Notes: a model not told the origin generated them from the sequence alone. Positions 12,701-26,580 are shown, numbered from the whole stretch's first letter. The stretch is DNA of 62,223 nucleotides, filler included, from Nemertoderma westbladi (GCA_032718475.1; 3 parts of 3 records of this genome joined end to end with filler, not necessarily neighbours in it), one strand, 5' to 3'. Translations and numbers: made by a program.

Positions 12701-13569
12701 GATGTGGTATGGTCTGATCTATAATTAGTTTCTATGATTAGATTTATGATTATCTTGGTTGTTGAATTCATGATTACGATAATGTTGGTATTGGTGTGGT
12801 TGAGATGGTGAGTATCTGTGATGAAAGTTGTGTCTATTATCAATTAGATTGCTCTTATTGGGATAGCCATTTCCTAACAACTCATAGGAATTTCTTTGAT
12901 ATGATATATTCTTGTGAGGACCACAATCATTACCCTTACTCTGCTATGATCTGGATATTGCACCCTTTCCCTGTGATCGCCATTCTGTGGTGGGTATGGT
13001 AAACCCACCTTCTGTGGGTAAACCCACACAACTCGGTGTAGACTCAATGGGTGAGCCCTTAGAACTCGGTGTTGCGTGGCGGAGGCCTGTGATGAATCCT
13101 AGGGCTGTGGTCGATCTAGGTATGAATTTCTTCTTTGGAATTTATATTATCATTATTTTTTTTTATTAATTTAGTTGAATGATAATGAAATGTAAGATCA
13201 GTGGGAAATAATATAATTTTTTTTAGGATATTAGTACTTAATTCCTGGATAGCGATGATTTGTGAACTCAATAATATCACTTTATCGGGTTCGGACGCAA
13301 GTTAAAGGGAAATAAAAGAGTCCGTCGAACTTATAAGGTCTAATACTGTAGGCCGGGTGCTGAGTAAGCGTACATGGCTAGTTGTATATTTAAATGTGTA
13401 GAGTTTAAAACATAAGGGGTTGCGGTATATAGGGGGACAGACAAGTACATTAGCAAGGATTGAGCACAGTGGCAGCAGATGAAAATGAAGGTATTGACAG
13501 ATGTGAGGCCATGAGGAGGTAAATTGCGGACATACAAGGAGGTATCATGTACTATGAGCTTGGCCGACG

Positions 13570-13900
13570 CTCACAAGTTTCACGAGGGGCGGAAAGTCCG
13601 CAAGTACTGAGAGAGAATACGAGAGGTGGAGCATGGAAACTTCACTTCCCTCATACTGTCCACCTTCGGTGGCTTGTCTCCCTCAACGGCCCAGTTTGTG
13701 TCGCGGCTCGCACACAGACTTGCGGATAAGCGCAACGCCCACTACTCTGATGCATTACTTGTGCGCCGTACTTTAAGCTTCTCGCTGTTTCGATCAACAG
13801 TAATGTGACTGAGAGGTTGCCGCTCCGCCTCCCGCCGTCCTTTGCGACGCCACGACATTGCAGAGTCTTAAATTCTGCTTGCTATCGCCGAGGTAGAGAA
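13570..13900 (+). mobile_element. 3' fragment of a CRE-like (restriction-like endonuclease) non-LTR retrotransposon
   Basis: HEGRKVRKY*ERIREVEHGNFTSLILSTFGGLSPSTAQFVSRLAHRLADKR...LSFSLFRSTVM*LRGCRS, the typical C-terminus of CRE-clade elements, with in-frame stops. Confidence 0.7.
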
Positions 13901-14989
13901 ATGAAAGTATTTAATTAGTAGCGTATGAATTGCCTGTAAATCTTGTGTTATTGTATAATTTACTAAGTTAATTGCTTCTATATTTATAAACAATTATGTT
14001 GATATTTCAAAAAGTAAAAGGTATTAAATATACTAGCTATTTAAGTAATTTAAAAAAAAGTTATCAGATAGTATTTCCAGGCCTATCTTTTGCATGTGCC
14101 GCTAGCTGAATGGTAGGAGCGTCAGACTTCCAATTCGAGGTCACCATTTCGATCCCACCTGACGTCATTGCCGACTTTACAAAGTTAGAGTAACTATATG
14201 GCTTACTAAGGTAGCAAGTTGTATGTGTTGTGCTTGATAAATTAGGAATGTGCATGCACCAGGTAAAAAATAACATGCAATTAAAGGTTTAATGTTTATT
14301 TGATACCTGAGCCCACTTTGTGTGAAATGTTGTTATGAGCACCGGAGCTCAAATAAGAGGTTATTGCAGTGTTTTAGTGGGCAGAATGATTCATACAATA
14401 ACATTGTTTTCGAATGTTGAAGATTCACACCTCAGACTCTTCGTTTAACAATATAACTTTAATTTTATTTAGTCAGGTCGCTTAGCAAGTTAATGTGGAC
14501 ATTCTGGACAAAGTTCCCATAATTGGCATAGGTGTAGGTACATAGGCCTACCTTTAATTTTTTAAGGGGAACCAACTTTGCAGCATGATTTATCGGTCCC
14601 ATATTACCATGACAACAGGAGGTCATTTATAAAAGTCCACATTCCAACAAACCTATAGTCTTCTAACCTTGACCAACCCCCCACATATCAGCATCAGAGA
14701 TTCCATTGACGTCATTTGTAAAACCCTGTTGCCATGGCAACTGTTTCAAAAACGACTTTCAAACGCCGATTTTCAGTAAATATCCGAAAAATATAAAACC
14801 ATTGATTAATAATTGTTACCCATTTGGAAAAAACATATTCTGCCAAATTTAATATAGTTCCGAACTATCTAAAAAAATATAATTTTGGATCTAGTATCTT
14901 AGATGTTGCCAAGTCCAGACAATTACGGGGGCGGGGGGGGGGGGGGGGGGGGTGGTGTCACCGGATAACGTTATGTATATTATTCACAG

Positions 14990-15306
14990 ATGGTGGTTCT
15001 GTCCCGAATAATTCCAGACGTGCCGCCAGCGCAGAGCTGTGCCAAGGGACTCCAGACAATCGTAGAGACGATGGAGGGACTCGGAACCAGCAACCTCCGT
15101 AGCCAATCATTGGGCTGCGACATTATAGCCAGACTGTCGCACACGCGAGCCGGCATACCCGGAGCTTTCACTGTTATAAACACACTGGAGTTGCTATGCA
15201 ACCGCATTAAACTCGAGTCTTCAGATCTACAAGGTTGCGCTTCAGTTGCCCTGGGTTACTTGACCTACGACCCCATGGCAAGGAGGAGATTATTATACAT
15301 TTGCAG
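14990..15306 (+). CDS. ANKAR: ANKAR-like exon e
   Basis: CAG| acceptor, |GTTAGC donor. IIARLSHTRAGIPGAFTVINTLELLC...CASVALGYLTYDPMARRRLLYICR resembles recalled ANKAR 'LIASLAHSRAGIPEAFTTLGTIQRLC...ALGYLTYN'. Confidence 0.85.
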
Positions 15307-15888
15307 GTTAGCGGGTTTAACTAAAATTCTAATACTGGAGATGGTTAGCGAAAAAGTTGACAGAAGCTTTCTATGAGTAACTATACAGCTGACAAAATCC
15401 CATTCACAAAAAACATACGTATAATGTAACATAGTTATTGATGGCGTAAGACAAGGCAAACAAAAGGTAGTGAGTGTAGGAGAGGTTAGAAAAGGATTGA
15501 AATGGTGATGTTATAAAACAATTTAATTAACTGTTGTGACAACATTATGTTCGAGTTTTATACTGATTGAGTATAGCGTACACTGACTGACTTGTACAGC
15601 CATAGCCTATTTTTGTATCTACTGGTAAGTAAGTAGCAGCAAGCAATCGTTTATAGGTAACCTAAGTAAATAATTTCAGTTTCGATAGCGCAAACCTATA
15701 GTAGTATACCATGGCATACTTAGTATGGTTGCCCACATTATCCCCCCCGCCCTCCCCCAGACTCGATATGTACTACAAATAGATTTGGGTGCAATCTTCG
15801 CCCCCGTACAACCTTCGCCCGGCGGAATCGTTCAACCGCGAGCAACCTTCGCCCAATAAGATTTGTGTTTGTAACCATTTTAGTAAAA

Positions 15889-16137
15889 AATTGAGGGAAA
15901 GGAGCAGATTACAGAGACGGGTTTTTCTAACCAAAACAATAACCGATGGTGTTACTAATTGAGGGAAAGGAGCCGGTTACAGAGATGGCTTTTTCTAACG
16001 AAAACAATAACCGATGGTGTTACTAATTGAGGGAAAGGAGCCGGTTACAGAGATGGCTTTTTCTAACCAAAACAATAACCGATGGTGTTACTAATTGAGG
16101 GAAAGGAGCCGGTTACAGAGATGGCTTTTTCTAACCA
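15889..16137. repeat. 68-bp tandem repeat, ~3.7 copies, next to the contig end
   Basis: AATTGAGGGAAAGGAGC...GATGGTGTTACT at 15889, 15957, 16025 and 16093. Confidence 0.9.
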
Positions 16138-16182
16138 TGTTAGCTTATTCAATCCCGCTAACACCCCATAAAGTTAAGCCGA

Positions 16183-16282
16183 NNNNNNNNNNNNNNNNNN
16201 NNNNNNNNNNNNNNNNNNNNNNNNNNTTAATTAATTAANNNNNNNNNNNNNNNNNNNNNNNNNNNNNNNNNNNNNNNNNNNN
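16183..16282. other. Artificial scaffold linker (44 N + TTAATTAATTAA + 44 N)
   Basis: Exactly 100 bp with a six-frame stop spacer, identical to the linker at 46187. Confidence 0.97.
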
Positions 16283-16429
16283 AGAAAAAAATATCTCCAT
16301 AGGGAAGTCGACGTAAATCCCAAATCACTGTTACCTGCTATTTTACTAATCTGCATAATCTTATGCAATGTGTACGTACATATACAGTAACACGAAGTGG
16401 GGCCTTCGCGCAGCACGTGAAATGAGTTA

Positions 16430-17725
<1,296 letters not shown>

Positions 17726-18362
17726 TGCTTCCAACATGTACAATTTCCCAAAAAATTTAGTTTTTTTACTGTTAATGACGGCTATGAAACACCGTTGGCT
17801 GATGTAAAATGACCTTATTACGTACGACCTATATGGGTCGATACTGTTCAGGCATGTGATGCAATCGATATTCTTTCAATAAATATACTTAATAATTAAA
17901 AGTTTCTTAATTAATCCCAAATTCATTAATTCTTCAAACCCAAATTCCTAAGTTACAAGTCGCAAATTTCTTATACAAGAATGTTAAGTAAGGTAAGGAA
18001 GGATACAATGTTGGAAATAATACCATGCATTAAACCAATTAATGCGATATCATGTAAACCAATCAATTATTAATCTTAATGAATTAAAATCATTACTTAT
18101 AAATAGTGGCAACTCATTTACCACAACCCAGTTCTACCCTGCAATCATGTCGTTTAATTAAACCGAGCCGGCGACTGACTGCCATCGCCGGGAGGATCAA
18201 CCAATTAATAACTTTACTTCGCCAGCTACTCAAGGGGAGTGGTTCTATAACATCAGCGAACTTGTAATAATACATTTAACTCTTCCGCTTATTGGCTTTG
18301 GTTCAGGATGTGCCATCATTGACCCATGATGTTTTTATGTAGTTGAGCTATTAGAGACCCAC

Positions 18363-19332
18363 CTGGTTGAGTTTCTGCCAGAGTTTTAGGATCGGGGATA
18401 GTTCCGTAGCCCACCGTTCCCTGTCGAAACGTGCCGCCGCTTCGGAACTCCTCATGAGCACCTTGAGTTGCGACATGATTATATTAGAGACGGAACGCTG
18501 AGCAGAACGTTCGATATTGGCGGGGAGACCAAAGAAGCTGGGTTTATCGTCGTCGGGAAGGCGTCGATGACTCCGAGGTAGTCGCTGATGACGCAAGTAG
18601 ACGGGAGTTGGACGACTCCCGCGAGTTTACGCTTACGGGAGCCCCCGGAACCCGATAAAACTCCGTGGTTGAAGAACTGCAGCAGGTAGGAACGTAAAAC
18701 GCGCAGATCGAACGCGTTGTCAACGCGACCACCGTAGATCGCGTTCTCGAACAGCCCGTGGACAAAGTCCCAGGGAACCTCGTTGCCGGAGGCGTTACTG
18801 CAGACCCGGTCGACGATATCGGATCCGAGTTTACAATCGGAGAAGGAAAACTCGTAGAACTTGGTCCATCCCTGAGGGATGTAACTCCGTCGTTCCTGTA
18901 GGACCGCGTGTATCCAGGCGACGGCGAACAGCGCCTGCGATCGCACCGGGTTCCCGCCCCTCGAGATGTAATCCGGGCTGTAGTTCCCGTAGGTTCGCTG
19001 GAGATTCCGTTTGATCCCCGGCGGTGCCTCGTACGTCGCTTTGAGACTCGACTGCGCCAGGATTGGCGGGAAGTTCGGGTGGCTTTCCGCGGTCAGCCAC
19101 AGTCGGAACCCCTCGTGGGGGGTCAACGCGTTCAGCTCCTTCTCTAGAAGAGGTAACCATGACGTCACTAGATGGAGGTTCTTCAGGATGAGCCACTCGC
19201 CAGTCTTGGCGCACTCATGGAGCAGGGTGAGGGCGACCTCCGATTGGCCCTGTCCCATCGCCACCTGGTGGAACCGGTTGGTACCCACTATCGTGGTAGC
19301 GAGTTCCTGTAACTCCTCGCTAGGATCCGCAC
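18363..19332 (-). CDS. DYNC2H1: Cytoplasmic dynein-2 heavy chain exon (AAA6 region) with an apparent 1-bp deletion near 18556
   Basis: GADPSEELQEL...FHQVAMGQGQ..WLILKNLHLVTSWLP..QERRSYIPQGWTKFYEFS..AIYGGRVDN..DDKPSFFGLPANI..LWQKLNQ, bounded by AG and GT. Confidence 0.93.
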
Positions 19333-19429
19333 CTGTTGTCGTGTAAATAAAAATAAAAAATTTAAAATCAGGGATTAATTAACATTCAAAACATGATCCC
19401 TCACACTAATTTACACGGGGATGTTGTAT

Positions 19430-19750
19430 CATTACGATTGGTTCTTTACACAAACCTACCTGGTGATATGACCATTAGGATTGGTTCTTTATACAAACCT
19501 ACCTGGTGATATGACCATTAGGATTGGTCGTTACAAAAACCTACCTGGTGATATGACCATTAGGATTGGTCGTTACAAAAACCTACCTGGTGATATGACC
19601 ATTAGGATTGGATCGTTACACAAACCTACCTGGTGATATGACCATTAGGATTGGTTCTTTACATAAACCTACCTGGTGATATGACCATTAGGATTGGATC
19701 GTTACACAAACCTACCTGGTGATATGACCATTAGGATTGGTTCTTTACAC
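19430..19750 (-). repeat. 42-43-bp tandem array of the exon end plus 5' splice site (7 donor copies)
   Basis: Unit AAAGAACCAATCCTAATGGTCATATCACCAG|GTAGGTTTGTGT. The top copy is the real exon end (KEPILMVISP|G). Confidence 0.92.
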
Positions 19751-19971
19751 ATTGTTTCATTCTTGTATAAGTTCCCCAGACTGAGGGGTGCGGGGGACAC
19801 CTGTTTCATATTTAACGTGCGACAAACGAATGCGGCCATGGCAGACTGCAGACGGTCTGGACGTAAACTCTGTACTATTAGTAGTTGTTGCATCGGCGTC
19901 ACCTTTTTTAGGACCTCCTTAGGTATGTCCAGTTCACATTGGTTGCTTCGGGAAAAGGTTAGCCACATATC
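19716..19971 (-). CDS. DYNC2H1: DYNC2H1 exon
   Basis: DMWLTFSRSNQCE...QQLLIVQSLRPDRLQSAMAAF...KEPILMVISP; AG/GT boundaries, phase 0 to 1. Confidence 0.93.
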
Positions 19972-20097
19972 CTAGAGAAACATAGACAGATAGTGATAAA
20001 AATTTTACTTTATATTATTCTATGAGTTAATACTTCTAATTAATGTCATGGGGAATATTGATAAGAAGGATTAAGGCAAGTAGATAACGGCACATAC

Positions 20098-20274
20098 CTG
20101 GTTGTCGAGATCTAATGATTTAAACAAAATAGGGAAGAATGATCGGAGAGCGGTTAACTGGACATATCGTTCGTTGTCGATCCAGGCGGGATAGAGATCC
20201 CTCATCTTTGTCTGGGATTGGGATTCGCGTAGGTCCGGAACCACTAACCCAAGAAATGCTTCCCATTCCTGCGC
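20098..20274 (-). CDS. DYNC2H1: DYNC2H1 exon
   Basis: AQEWEAFLGLVVPDLRESQSQTKMRDLYPAWIDNERYVQLTALRSFFPILFKSLDLDNQ; CAG| and |GTATGT; 177 bp. Confidence 0.88.
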
Positions 20275-20452
20275 CTGGAAATATCAACGAAACATTTAAC
20301 ATAACGGAGGATTAATTGAGGTGAGACAGTGTCTCTCGTGTATTCGTATAAATAGTAGACTATTCTCAGAAAGACCCAGTACCAGTACTTTCACATCTTA
20401 AGTCTGACACTTTACCGGGTGAACTTTTGAGGGTCCTTCTTTCCTACAACAA

Positions 20453-21212
20453 CTACCTACAGTAGTAGGTACCTACAGTGTAGTAGGTACCTACAGTGTA
20501 GTAGGTACCTACAGTGTAGTAGGTACCTACAGTGTAGTAGGTACCTACAGTGTAGTAGGTACCTACAGTGTAGTAGGTACCTACAGTGTAGTAGGTACCT
20601 ACAGTGTAGTAGGTACCTACAGTGTAGTAGGTACCTACAGTGTAGTAGGTACCTACAGTGTAGTAGGTACCTACAGTGTAGTAGGTACCTACAGTGTAGT
20701 AGGTACCTACAGTGTAGTAGGTACCTACAGTGTAGTAGGTACCTACAGTGTAGTAGGTACCTACAGTGTAGTAGGTACCTACAGTGTAGTAGGTACCTAC
20801 AGTGTAGTAGGTACCTACAGTGTAGTAGGTACCTACAGTGTAGTAGGTACCTACAGTGTAGTAGGTACCTACAGTGTAGTAGGTACCTACAGTGTAGTAG
20901 GTACCTACAGTGTAGTAGGTACCTACAGTGTAGTAGGTACCTACAGTGTAGTAGGTACCTACAGTGTAGTAGGTACTACCTAACAGTAGTAGGTACCTAA
21001 CAGTAGTAGGTACCTAACAGTAGTAGGTACCTAACAGTAGTAGGTACCTACAGTAGTAGGTACCTACAGTAGTAGGTACCTAACAGTAGTAGGTACCTAA
21101 CAGTAGTAGGTACCTACAGTAGTAGGTACCTAACAGTAGTAGGTACCTACAGTAGTAGGTACCTACAGTAGTAGGTACCTAACAGTAGTAGGTACCTAAC
21201 AGTAGTAGGTAC
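20453..21212. repeat. 18-bp minisatellite with a palindromic core (16/17-bp variants at the right end)
   Basis: (CAGTGTAGTAGGTACCTA)n; the core GTAGGTACCTAC is self-complementary. Confidence 0.95.
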
Positions 21213-21244
21213 ACAGCCTACAGCCTCTATAAAGAGCCTCTATA

Positions 21245-22540
21245 AGAGGTTTATATATCGCCACTAAAATAATGCCACACCAAGATTTGTCACTAAAAAA
21301 TTATTTTGCACCAAATATATTTTTTTGTACCACCAATTATTGACATCCCCAATTTTGAATCTCTTTCTCATCAAAGACAATTATTCATCCCCAAAAACCA
21401 TTATTCACACCACCCCCCCCCCCCCCCCCCCCCCAAAACAATTATTTATCCACCCAAAACAATAATTCATCCCCCAAAAACAATTATACATTCCAAAAAA
21501 CAATTATTCATCCCCCAAAAACAATTATACATTCCAAAAAACAATTATCCATCCCCCAAATACAATTATTCACCCCCCAAAAATAATTATTCAACCCCCC
21601 AAAAACAATTATTCATCCCCCAAAAATAATTATTCAACCACCCAAAAACAATTATTCATCCCCCAAAAACAATTATTCATCCCCCAAAAACATTTTTTCA
21701 CCCCCCAAAAACAATTATTCATCCCCCAAAAACAATTATACATTCCAAAAAACAATTATTCATCCCCCAAAAACAATTATTCACCCCCCAAAAATAATTA
21801 TTCATCCCCCCAAAAACAATTATTCATCCCCCAAAAATAATTATTCAACCACCCAAAAACAATTATTCATCCCCCAAAAACAATTATTCATCCCCCAAAA
21901 ACATTTTTTCACCCCCCAAAAACAATTATTCATCCCCAAAAAATAATTATTCAACCACCCAAAAACAATTATTCATCCCCCAAAAACAATTATACATCCC
22001 CCAAAAACAATTATCCATCCCCCAAAAACAATTATTCATCCCCAAAAAATAATTATTCAACCACCCAAAAACAATTATTCATCCCCCAAAAACAATTATA
22101 CATCCCCAAAAACAATTATTCAATCTCCCTAAAATAATTACTAGTCAACCGAAAACAATTCTTCCAGCACCAAATATTTTATGGAAAATTTATTTATACA
22201 AATTAATTCATTATTTATTTCTATAAATCAAATAAAATGTTTAATCATATTATACCGACGATCCTCGTACCAATAGTCTGCAACTGAGATTCTGCAACTG
22301 AGATTCTGTTTATTTTGGTAGAATATTAGATTATTTTGGGGGAATATGGTTTAATTTTGGGGTTTTGTCATTTATTTTGGTACGAATAATTGGTTTTGGG
22401 GAGCATTTATTTATTTTGGCGTTGAAAAATTAATTTTGGTGTTTGAATAATTTATTTGTGGTAACATTATTTAAATTGGTGTTATAATTTGTTGGTGATC
22501 AATTTTGGTGTGACTTTAATTTATTGGTATCCTTTATTAT
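21245..22540. mobile_element. Foldback-like element with an internal ~21-22-bp CCCCCAAAAACAATTATTCAT minisatellite
   Basis: Left GCCACACCAAGATTTGTCACTAAAAAATTA matches the reverse complement of right TAATTTGTTGGTGATCAATTTTGGTGTGAC. The array at 21375-22140 is mirrored by degenerate TTATTTTGG repeats at 22310-22500. Confidence 0.6.
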
Positions 22541-22759
22541 GTGTAGCTGAAAAGGACAACTCCAGTTAATTTTGTTTGTTGTTTGTTTTTTTATCTAATG
22601 TATGTACATACGGTATTTTATTTTATTTGTAATGCTCGCAGTCGTAGCTAATGTTAAATTAAATTTACATTATATTACAGGTCAGTGTGTGACTGGTAGT
22701 AAGGACTTGACCGGTAGTCATAAATAGAGATCACATAAAACAGTGGGTCTATAGATTAC

Positions 22760-22964
22760 CTGGAACATATCCGGAAACATCCCGTGTACCATATGCATAG
22801 CGAACATTAACTGGTCTGCTTTAAACAACGATCGACATACGTACTGGTATGTTAGACTTAGAAGCACAGATATTAGACTCTTTATTCGGAACTCGGTGCC
22901 GGATCCGTCGTTGTTCAAAGTCAGAGCCCGGATGAACAGTCGCATAAAACATGACAGACTGTAT
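22760..22964 (-). CDS. DYNC2H1: DYNC2H1 exon
   Basis: YSLSCFMRLFIRAL...YQYVCRSLFKADQLMFAMHMVHGMFPDMFQ; AG/GT boundaries. Confidence 0.93.
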
Positions 22965-23204
22965 CTGGAAAATAAGAAAGACATAACATCTATTAATAAA
23001 AGGATATCAATATTATTATCAATATTACAATATTATTGTGTTTAATTAAACATTCGGAACCCCAAATAAATTGATATGTATGTAGTTGTAACAAAATTAA
23101 GTAGATCATTATACAAAAAGGCTACTATTTCAACATTAAATATAAATAGGTGGTAATTTATAGTTTATTACAAAAAACATTGCAAAACGTATAGGGCGAG
23201 AAAC

Positions 23205-23340
23205 GTAGTCGGTGAGGTTTGGCATACCAAAGGTTCATATAGGGCAACTGGTGCATGTCCGTCCGTGTGTCTGTCTGTCCGTCCGTCTGTCTGTCTGTCC
23301 CTCCGCCTGTCTGGTAAATGTTTGAACGCAAATTTTTAGT
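23205..23340 (+). mobile_element. Short DINE/HINE-like fragment with a GTCY microsatellite
   Basis: GTCCGTCCGTGTGTCTGTCTGTCCGTCCGTCTGTCTG preceded by the hairpin TTTGGCATACCAAA. Confidence 0.4.
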
Positions 23341-23418
23341 AGTTCTATGTTAAATAAGTAAAGAATGGTATTATATTGAGAGGTTTCACTGTACAACCTT
23401 GATAGTGTATAAACTTAC

Positions 23419-23781
23419 CTGTACATGTTATTGATTTTGCACAAATCGGATATCACGAAGAACAGCATTGAACCTTTCTCCGCGAGGGGTAAGTATGCAT
23501 CCCGCTCCTCATCTAAGTTCGTTTGAAGAGTAACGCTCTCGGTAAGTGATTCGTTAATGGTAATGCTGCTCTGCTTGGTTTTATTGAGACTATCGAGTAG
23601 TTCTTTATTCTCCAACACATTGCCCTCAGCCGTTGCCAACGTCTGCAGCAATGACTCCTCCAGATCAACCAGCTGTACTTTAAGATTCTCCTCTTGTTGC
23701 AGCAACTGGGTTTTACGAACCTCTAATTCTGGTTTCTCGTGTTGGAGAGTTGCGGCTAGTAACTGACCAGTTAGACCCGCT
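23419..23781 (-). CDS. DYNC2H1: DYNC2H1 exon
   Basis: AGLTGQLLAATLQHEKPELE...LEESLLQTLATAEGNVLENKELLDSLNKTK...ERDAYLPLA...INNMY; AG and GTAAGT boundaries. Confidence 0.95.
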
Positions 23782-23926
23782 CTGGAAAAATATTAATATA
23801 AATATAATAATATTAGAAATTATGTTGAGGTTTAAAGTAACTATAATTTTAGTGAAAACGCGAAACTTTGGGGAGATACTTTTTTATATGTGAGGCAACC
23901 AATAACCTACAATGCTGGTAACCTAC

Positions 23927-24224
23927 CAGCTACACGGTGCGGTGGAGTGGTCACTCACTTTGCTACAAGCCGGGAGGTACCGGGTTCGATCCCGTACCGA
24001 GTAAGTTATATAATCTCGTAACTGGTACGCCAACCCAGCGATATGGGAACATGGACTCTGCTGGGGAGAGGGATTAAAGAAAATGGATGGATGGGGTTGA
24101 TGTGGGTGGGTTCACCCTTGGGAGATAGTGTGGCGCACTCTGCCTTACAAATAAAAACCAAGAAGAGATAGGAGGATCCGGGCTGCCTGCGGTGTTTCAC
24201 GTACATCGGTAGGTAGCTTTACTT
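23927..24224 (+). mobile_element. tRNA-derived SINE
   Basis: Pol III A-box-like GGTGGAGTGG (23941) and B box GGTTCGATCCC (23983). TTTACTTT tail. Candidate TSD TAACCTAC at 23919-23926 and 24225-24232. Confidence 0.7.
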
Positions 24225-24421
24225 TAACCTACAACTCTGCCTGCATTAACCGGTACTGCCATGTGCCATGGCATACCAACAACATATTAATTACTCTATG
24301 CAAATACGCTTACTTAAGAAATACTCATTATTTATTACCATACCAAATGCTATCATATTACTATGGGTCTGGTTAAATATTAATTGATAGTAGACTGTCT
24401 TTATGATGAATGACGTCATAC

Positions 24422-24567
24422 CTGGTTGTTGTGAAGTTCACTTCCGATATAATACTAGCGGCGTCCGGCGGTATTTTGGGCTGCGGGTTCCGGGTAGACA
24501 AATGTAATCGGAATTCCGAGTTGTAGTCGATCGATTTCTCGCCCAATTGTATCACGTAACGGGGACC
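24422..24567 (-). CDS. DYNC2H1: DYNC2H1 exon (AAA5)
   Basis: GPRYVIQLGEKSIDYNSEFRLHLSTRNPQPKIPPDAASIISEVNFTTT; AG/GT boundaries. Confidence 0.95.
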
Positions 24568-25031
24568 CTGGATGAAAAAAAACAATTTATATCACTCCCT
24601 TATTGTAAATTACCCACATAATGTGTTATACTGGAAACTATAACTCTCGCAAGCTAATACAATTATTTTCACAACTGCATGGCTATTGTCAATGTGTTCC
24701 TTGTAAAATCATTATCATTATTGGTATTGGTATTTAATTCGCAGGGCCTATTATAAGGAACATGTGTCAGCTATTGGATACGGGTTGGGTTGTATGTAAG
24801 TAACAATTTGTGAAAGTTAATTATTCTTACAATAATATGAACCAATCCTCTATATTTATTTGTTAACGTATCATAAATAAATACACTAAATTACTGGTAT
24901 TTACCCATTGCCCCTATATTTTCTACAAGGCAGCCCAGGATATATTATATTGATATTATTATTTAAATAATATTATTATTGCGTTTTATTAGTTAAACAT
25001 ACCGGTATTACATAGACTACTCACAAACACA

Positions 25032-26300
25032 ATGAGTTTTATCTCGTACGAAAAAGACTGCCAATTCCCAATACAGAATCTACCCTATGGAATATTTTCA
25101 ACTTCGGAGAACTCGAAACACAGAATAGGCGTTGCTATTGGCGACCAAATTCTAGACTTGACGGCTATAAGACACCTGTTTACTGGCCCCTTATTGGAGT
25201 CATCCACCGTGCTCAACCAATCAACACTCAATGAGTTAATGGGCGCCGGTAAGGAGGTGTGGAGGGAAGTTAGGCAGACGCTTCAACGGGAGCTTTCATT
25301 GGATGGTGGGAGTTTACGAGGAGACGAGGAACTGCAGAGGAAGGCGTTAGTGAGCCAATCTGCGGCGACTATGCACTTACCGGCACGCATAGGCGACTAT
25401 ACCGACTTCTACTGCTCCAAGGATCACGCCACCAACGTGGGCACAATGTTCAGGGGCGCGGATAACGCCCTGATGCCCAACTGGTTGCATCTCCCGGTCG
25501 GGTACCACGGCCGGGCGAGCTCGGTAGTTGTGTCCGGCACACCGGTACGGCGCCCGAACGGGCAGACTCGACCTAACGTACCGATAGCCGGCTCCGCTAG
25601 GGCCCCTCCGGTTCACGGACCCTCCAGACGACTCGACGTAGAACTGGAAATGGCAATGTTCGTAGGCCCTGGCAACCAGCTAGGAACTCCTGTTACCATA
25701 GAAACAGCCCAGGATCATATATTTGGTTTGGTAATTATGAACGATTGGTCAGCGCGGGATATTCAAAAATGGGAATACGTTCCACTGGGTCCGTTTCTCG
25801 GGAAGAGTTTCGCTACCACGATATCTCCATGGGTGGTTACTATGGATGCGTTGGCGCCGTTTGCAGTGGCCAATCCGGTGCAAGAACCGACCGCGCTTGC
25901 ATACTTACGTCACGACGACCACTACACATTCGATGTTGAATTAGGGGTCTCGATAAGCGGCCAGGGTCACCCCCACCACCCAGTCTCCAGGTCCAACCTG
26001 CGTCACATCTACTGGACGCTGAAGCAACAGCTGACACATCACACCAGCAACGGATGCAACCTGCGGCCCGGGGACCTCGTAGGGACTGGAACGATCAGCG
26101 GTTCCGAGCCAGACAGCTACGGGAGTCTATTGGAACTCAGTTGGAACGGGGCTAACGCGGTGGATATAGGCGGCGGAGAAACGCGCACATTCCTACAGGA
26201 CGGTGATGACGTCATGATGACGGCGTATTGCCAGGGGGATGGGTTTAGGGTGGGGTTCGGTGAGTGCCGTGGACGGATACTACCGGCACACGTGTTATAG
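25032..26300 (+). CDS. FAH: Fumarylacetoacetase, intronless, nested antisense in a DYNC2H1 intron
   Basis: Complete 422-aa ORF: [108 protein letters not shown]. Confidence 0.97.
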   Translation: MSFISYEKDCQFPIQNLPYGIFSTSENSKHRIGVAIGDQILDLTAIRHLFTGPLLESSTVLNQSTLNELMGAGKEVWREVRQTLQRELSLDGGSLRGDEELQRKALVSQSAATMHLPARIGDYTDFYCSKDHATNVGTMFRGADNALMPNWLHLPVGYHGRASSVVVSGTPVRRPNGQTRPNVPIAGSARAPPVHGPSRRLDVELEMAMFVGPGNQLGTPVTIETAQDHIFGLVIMNDWSARDIQKWEYVPLGPFLGKSFATTISPWVVTMDALAPFAVANPVQEPTALAYLRHDDHYTFDVELGVSISGQGHPHHPVSRSNLRHIYWTLKQQLTHHTSNGCNLRPGDLVGTGTISGSEPDSYGSLLELSWNGANAVDIGGGETRTFLQDGDDVMMTAYCQGDGFRVGFGECRGRILPAHVL

Positions 26301-26580
26301 TGGATACTAGAAAACCGGTGATTGGGTGACTTGGTACTTATTATCCTGTTCGGAGATAGGGGGGGGGGGGGGGGGGGGAGACTTTCGACGCAATCAAAAA
26401 TCATCCCTCTCCAAGGGAAAATTGACCCTATTCATTGGTGATTTTACATAAAGAGACGAAATATTAATTCGCCGAGTCGAGGTTTGCTTGAAGTCCCCCC
26501 ACCTCCCTGTCTCCCTGTCTTATCAGAGACCAAAAAAATACTTAATTCCAAAATACTGTCATGATGAAATAACTTCGATA

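Noticed and set aside
16227-16238. TTAATTAATTAA island within the N run as a biological motif
   Set aside because: It is centred in identical 100-bp gaps and is a six-frame stop linker added during assembly.
23935-24005. Candidate tRNA genes here and at ~39290-39370
   Set aside because: A B box is present but the D-arm and acceptor stems do not form. The downstream body and TSD fit SINEs better.
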